From Bdellovibrionales bacterium (GTDB taxonomy: Bacteria > Bdellovibrionota > Bdellovibrionia > Bdellovibrionales > UBA1609), in contig JBFWVI010000024.1 in assembly GCA_050246815.1 (NCBI GenBank), positions 1-46,841 on the forward strand: 46,841 nt of DNA. The letters are read 5' to 3'. The notes under the pieces are model-generated. The model did not search any database. It worked only from the letters and a program-made list of their open reading frames with translations, and was not told the origin of the DNA. Shown here piece after piece: positions 45,409 to 46,841 of the stretch. Position 1 is the first letter of the stretch; every line of letters begins with the position of its first letter. A program made the position numbers and the translations under genes.

Positions 45409-46541
45409 GAGCTATAGAGCGCACCTCGCACATGCAAGTCGAAGAACGCACGAACTTTAAGCGCGTTGATTTGAGTCTTTGCGCGGTTATCCTGGCCCTA
45501 AATGTGATCGGCCTTATCAATTTGTACAGTGCCACTCATGGCGTCCATCTGACAGGTGCAACCAATTTATTTTGGATGCAGATTCTGTGGCTGGCCATTG
45601 GCTGGACCATCTTTTTCAGCCTGACTTTTTTTGATTACAAATTTTTTGAACGCATGGCGTATGTATTTTATGGCCTGGGGGTCGCGGCCCTAGTCGGCGT
45701 GGAGATCTTCGGCAAAATCTCTTATGGTGCGCAGCGATGGCTCGACTTGGGCTTTTTCCGCTTTCAGCCCTCAGAAACCATGAAGCTCGCTATAGTTTTG
45801 GTGCTGGCTCGTGTGCTGGCGAGGCGTGAATCTTCGGCACCCATGGGTTTTGTTGATCTGTTAGTTCCCATCGGACTGGTTGCAGTGCCTTTTATCCTGA
45901 CCGTCAAACAACCCGACCTGGGCACTGCAGGATTAATGGCTTTGATTGCTATGGTGATGGTTCTTTTTGCCCGAATCAAAGCCTCTATCTTGATCACCGC
46001 CATTATACTCGGCGCCATCGCGGCCCCACTGGTTTGGAATTTTGGTTTAAAAGATTATCAAAAGAACCGTGTGTTGACCTTTATTTCACCGGGTCGTGAT
46101 CCGCGTGGTACCGGTTACAACAGTATTCAATCTAAAATCGCGGTTGGCAGCGGTCGCGTGTTTGGTAAAGGCTTTCGTAAAGGCACCCAGTCTCAACTTG
46201 AGTTCCTACCCGAACGCCACACAGATTTTATTTTTAGCGTTTTAAGTGAGGAGCATGGCTTTTTTGGCAGCATAATGACGCTCGGACTTTTCACCTTGAT
46301 TTATCTGATGGCCATCAAAATTGGCGCCCAGGCCCGAGACCGGTACGGCGCATTTTTGGTCGTTGGGGCTTTGGGGTACTTATTCTGGCACGTTCTAGTC
46401 AACATGGGCATGGTGATTGGAATCTTCCCAATCGTGGGCGTTCCCCTGCCCCTTTTGTCTTATGGGGGCAGCAGTATGATGTCGACGATGGCTTGCCTAG
46501 GCTTGCTTTCGTCGGTCGCTTACCGTCGCTATTTATTCTAG
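45405..46541 (+). CDS. rodA: SEDS peptidoglycan glycosyltransferase RodA
   Basis: GAQRW, QPSE..K, QPDLGT, LPERHTDFIF, GVPLP.LSYGGSS. Confidence 0.97.
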   Translation: MRAIERTSHMQVEERTNFKRVDLSLCAVILALNVIGLINLYSATHGVHLTGATNLFWMQILWLAIGWTIFFSLTFFDYKFFERMAYVFYGLGVAALVGVEIFGKISYGAQRWLDLGFFRFQPSETMKLAIVLVLARVLARRESSAPMGFVDLLVPIGLVAVPFILTVKQPDLGTAGLMALIAMVMVLFARIKASILITAIILGAIAAPLVWNFGLKDYQKNRVLTFISPGRDPRGTGYNSIQSKIAVGSGRVFGKGFRKGTQSQLEFLPERHTDFIFSVLSEEHGFFGSIMTLGLFTLIYLMAIKIGAQARDRYGAFLVVGALGYLFWHVLVNMGMVIGIFPIVGVPLPLLSYGGSSMMSTMACLGLLSSVAYRRYLF

Positions 46542-46554
46542 AGAATAAATAGCG
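46527..46554. repeat. 13-bp perfect inverted repeat spanning the rodA stop codon
   Basis: CGCTATTTATTCT-AG-AGAATAAATAGCG. Confidence 0.7.
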
Positions 46555-46725
46555 TGCGACCTCGGCTGCAACAGCCGATCTTCGCCAGTATTTTTCTTCC
46601 CTCCAGGCGAGGGTTTGAGTGGCAAAAAACAATAAAGCAGAACCGACCAACTTAAAACCTAAAGCAAAAAATACATCCGTAATGTTCGTTTTTGACCTTT
46701 TTGCGGCTTTGTTGGACCTTCGGTC

Positions 46726-46841
46726 ATGCAAAAAAAAGCACCGCAAAAACGAAAAGGCCAACTGCCCTTACTCCAACAAAAATACCCACTTCAATACGGC
46801 GGAGTGCTTCGAACAAAGGCCAAAAACCGAGGGTTTAGACC
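46726..46841 (+). CDS. 5' fragment of a probable Y1/HUH (RAYT/IS200-like) transposase-family protein, truncated by the window edge
   Basis: Open frame MQKKAPQKRKGQLPLLQQKYPLQYGGVLRTKAKNRGFR(P); the Q.LL...YGG.L......RG.RP pattern resembles N-termini I recall for such proteins in Bdellovibrionota; catalytic motifs not in the window. Confidence 0.5.
   Translation, partial: MQKKAPQKRKGQLPLLQQKYPLQYGGVLRTKAKNRGFR

Noticed and set aside
46399..46761. 120-aa minus-strand ORF at the right end
   Set aside because: Overlaps the rodA 3' end antisense, no RBS or motif; the plus-strand frame from 46726 is more plausible

Overview
Mostly core-genome window, about 50% GC by eye. Gene content and order point to a Bdellovibrionota (Bdellovibrio-like predator) chromosome (inference). 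It holds the 3' part of a type II secretion operon (gspE-F-G-H-I-J-K-L-M-N) and ssb. Then comes the mutL-miaA / yicC-gmk-rpoZ-rel block, a cluster of envelope hypotheticals around a polyprenol-phosphate glycosyltransferase, and the rimP-nusA-infB-rbfA-truB-rpsO-pnp-M16 peptidase-dut operon. Further on are tRNA-Leu(CAA), ppiD and mreC-mreD-mrdA-rodA (no mreB); six predicted outer-membrane beta-barrel proteins are scattered through the window. The most interesting item is a single polypeptide joining an exported subtilisin (S8) protease, a GGGC sorting-like motif, a transmembrane helix and a cytoplasmic PilZ domain, a candidate c-di-GMP-coupled transmembrane protease. Other items worth checking are a REP-like palindrome doublet after ssb and the uncalled N-terminus of a probable HUH/RAYT-like transposase at the right edge. 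There are also sigma-28-like and sigma-54-like promoters and several probable leaderless genes. All family calls are from motif recognition by eye; no searches were run.
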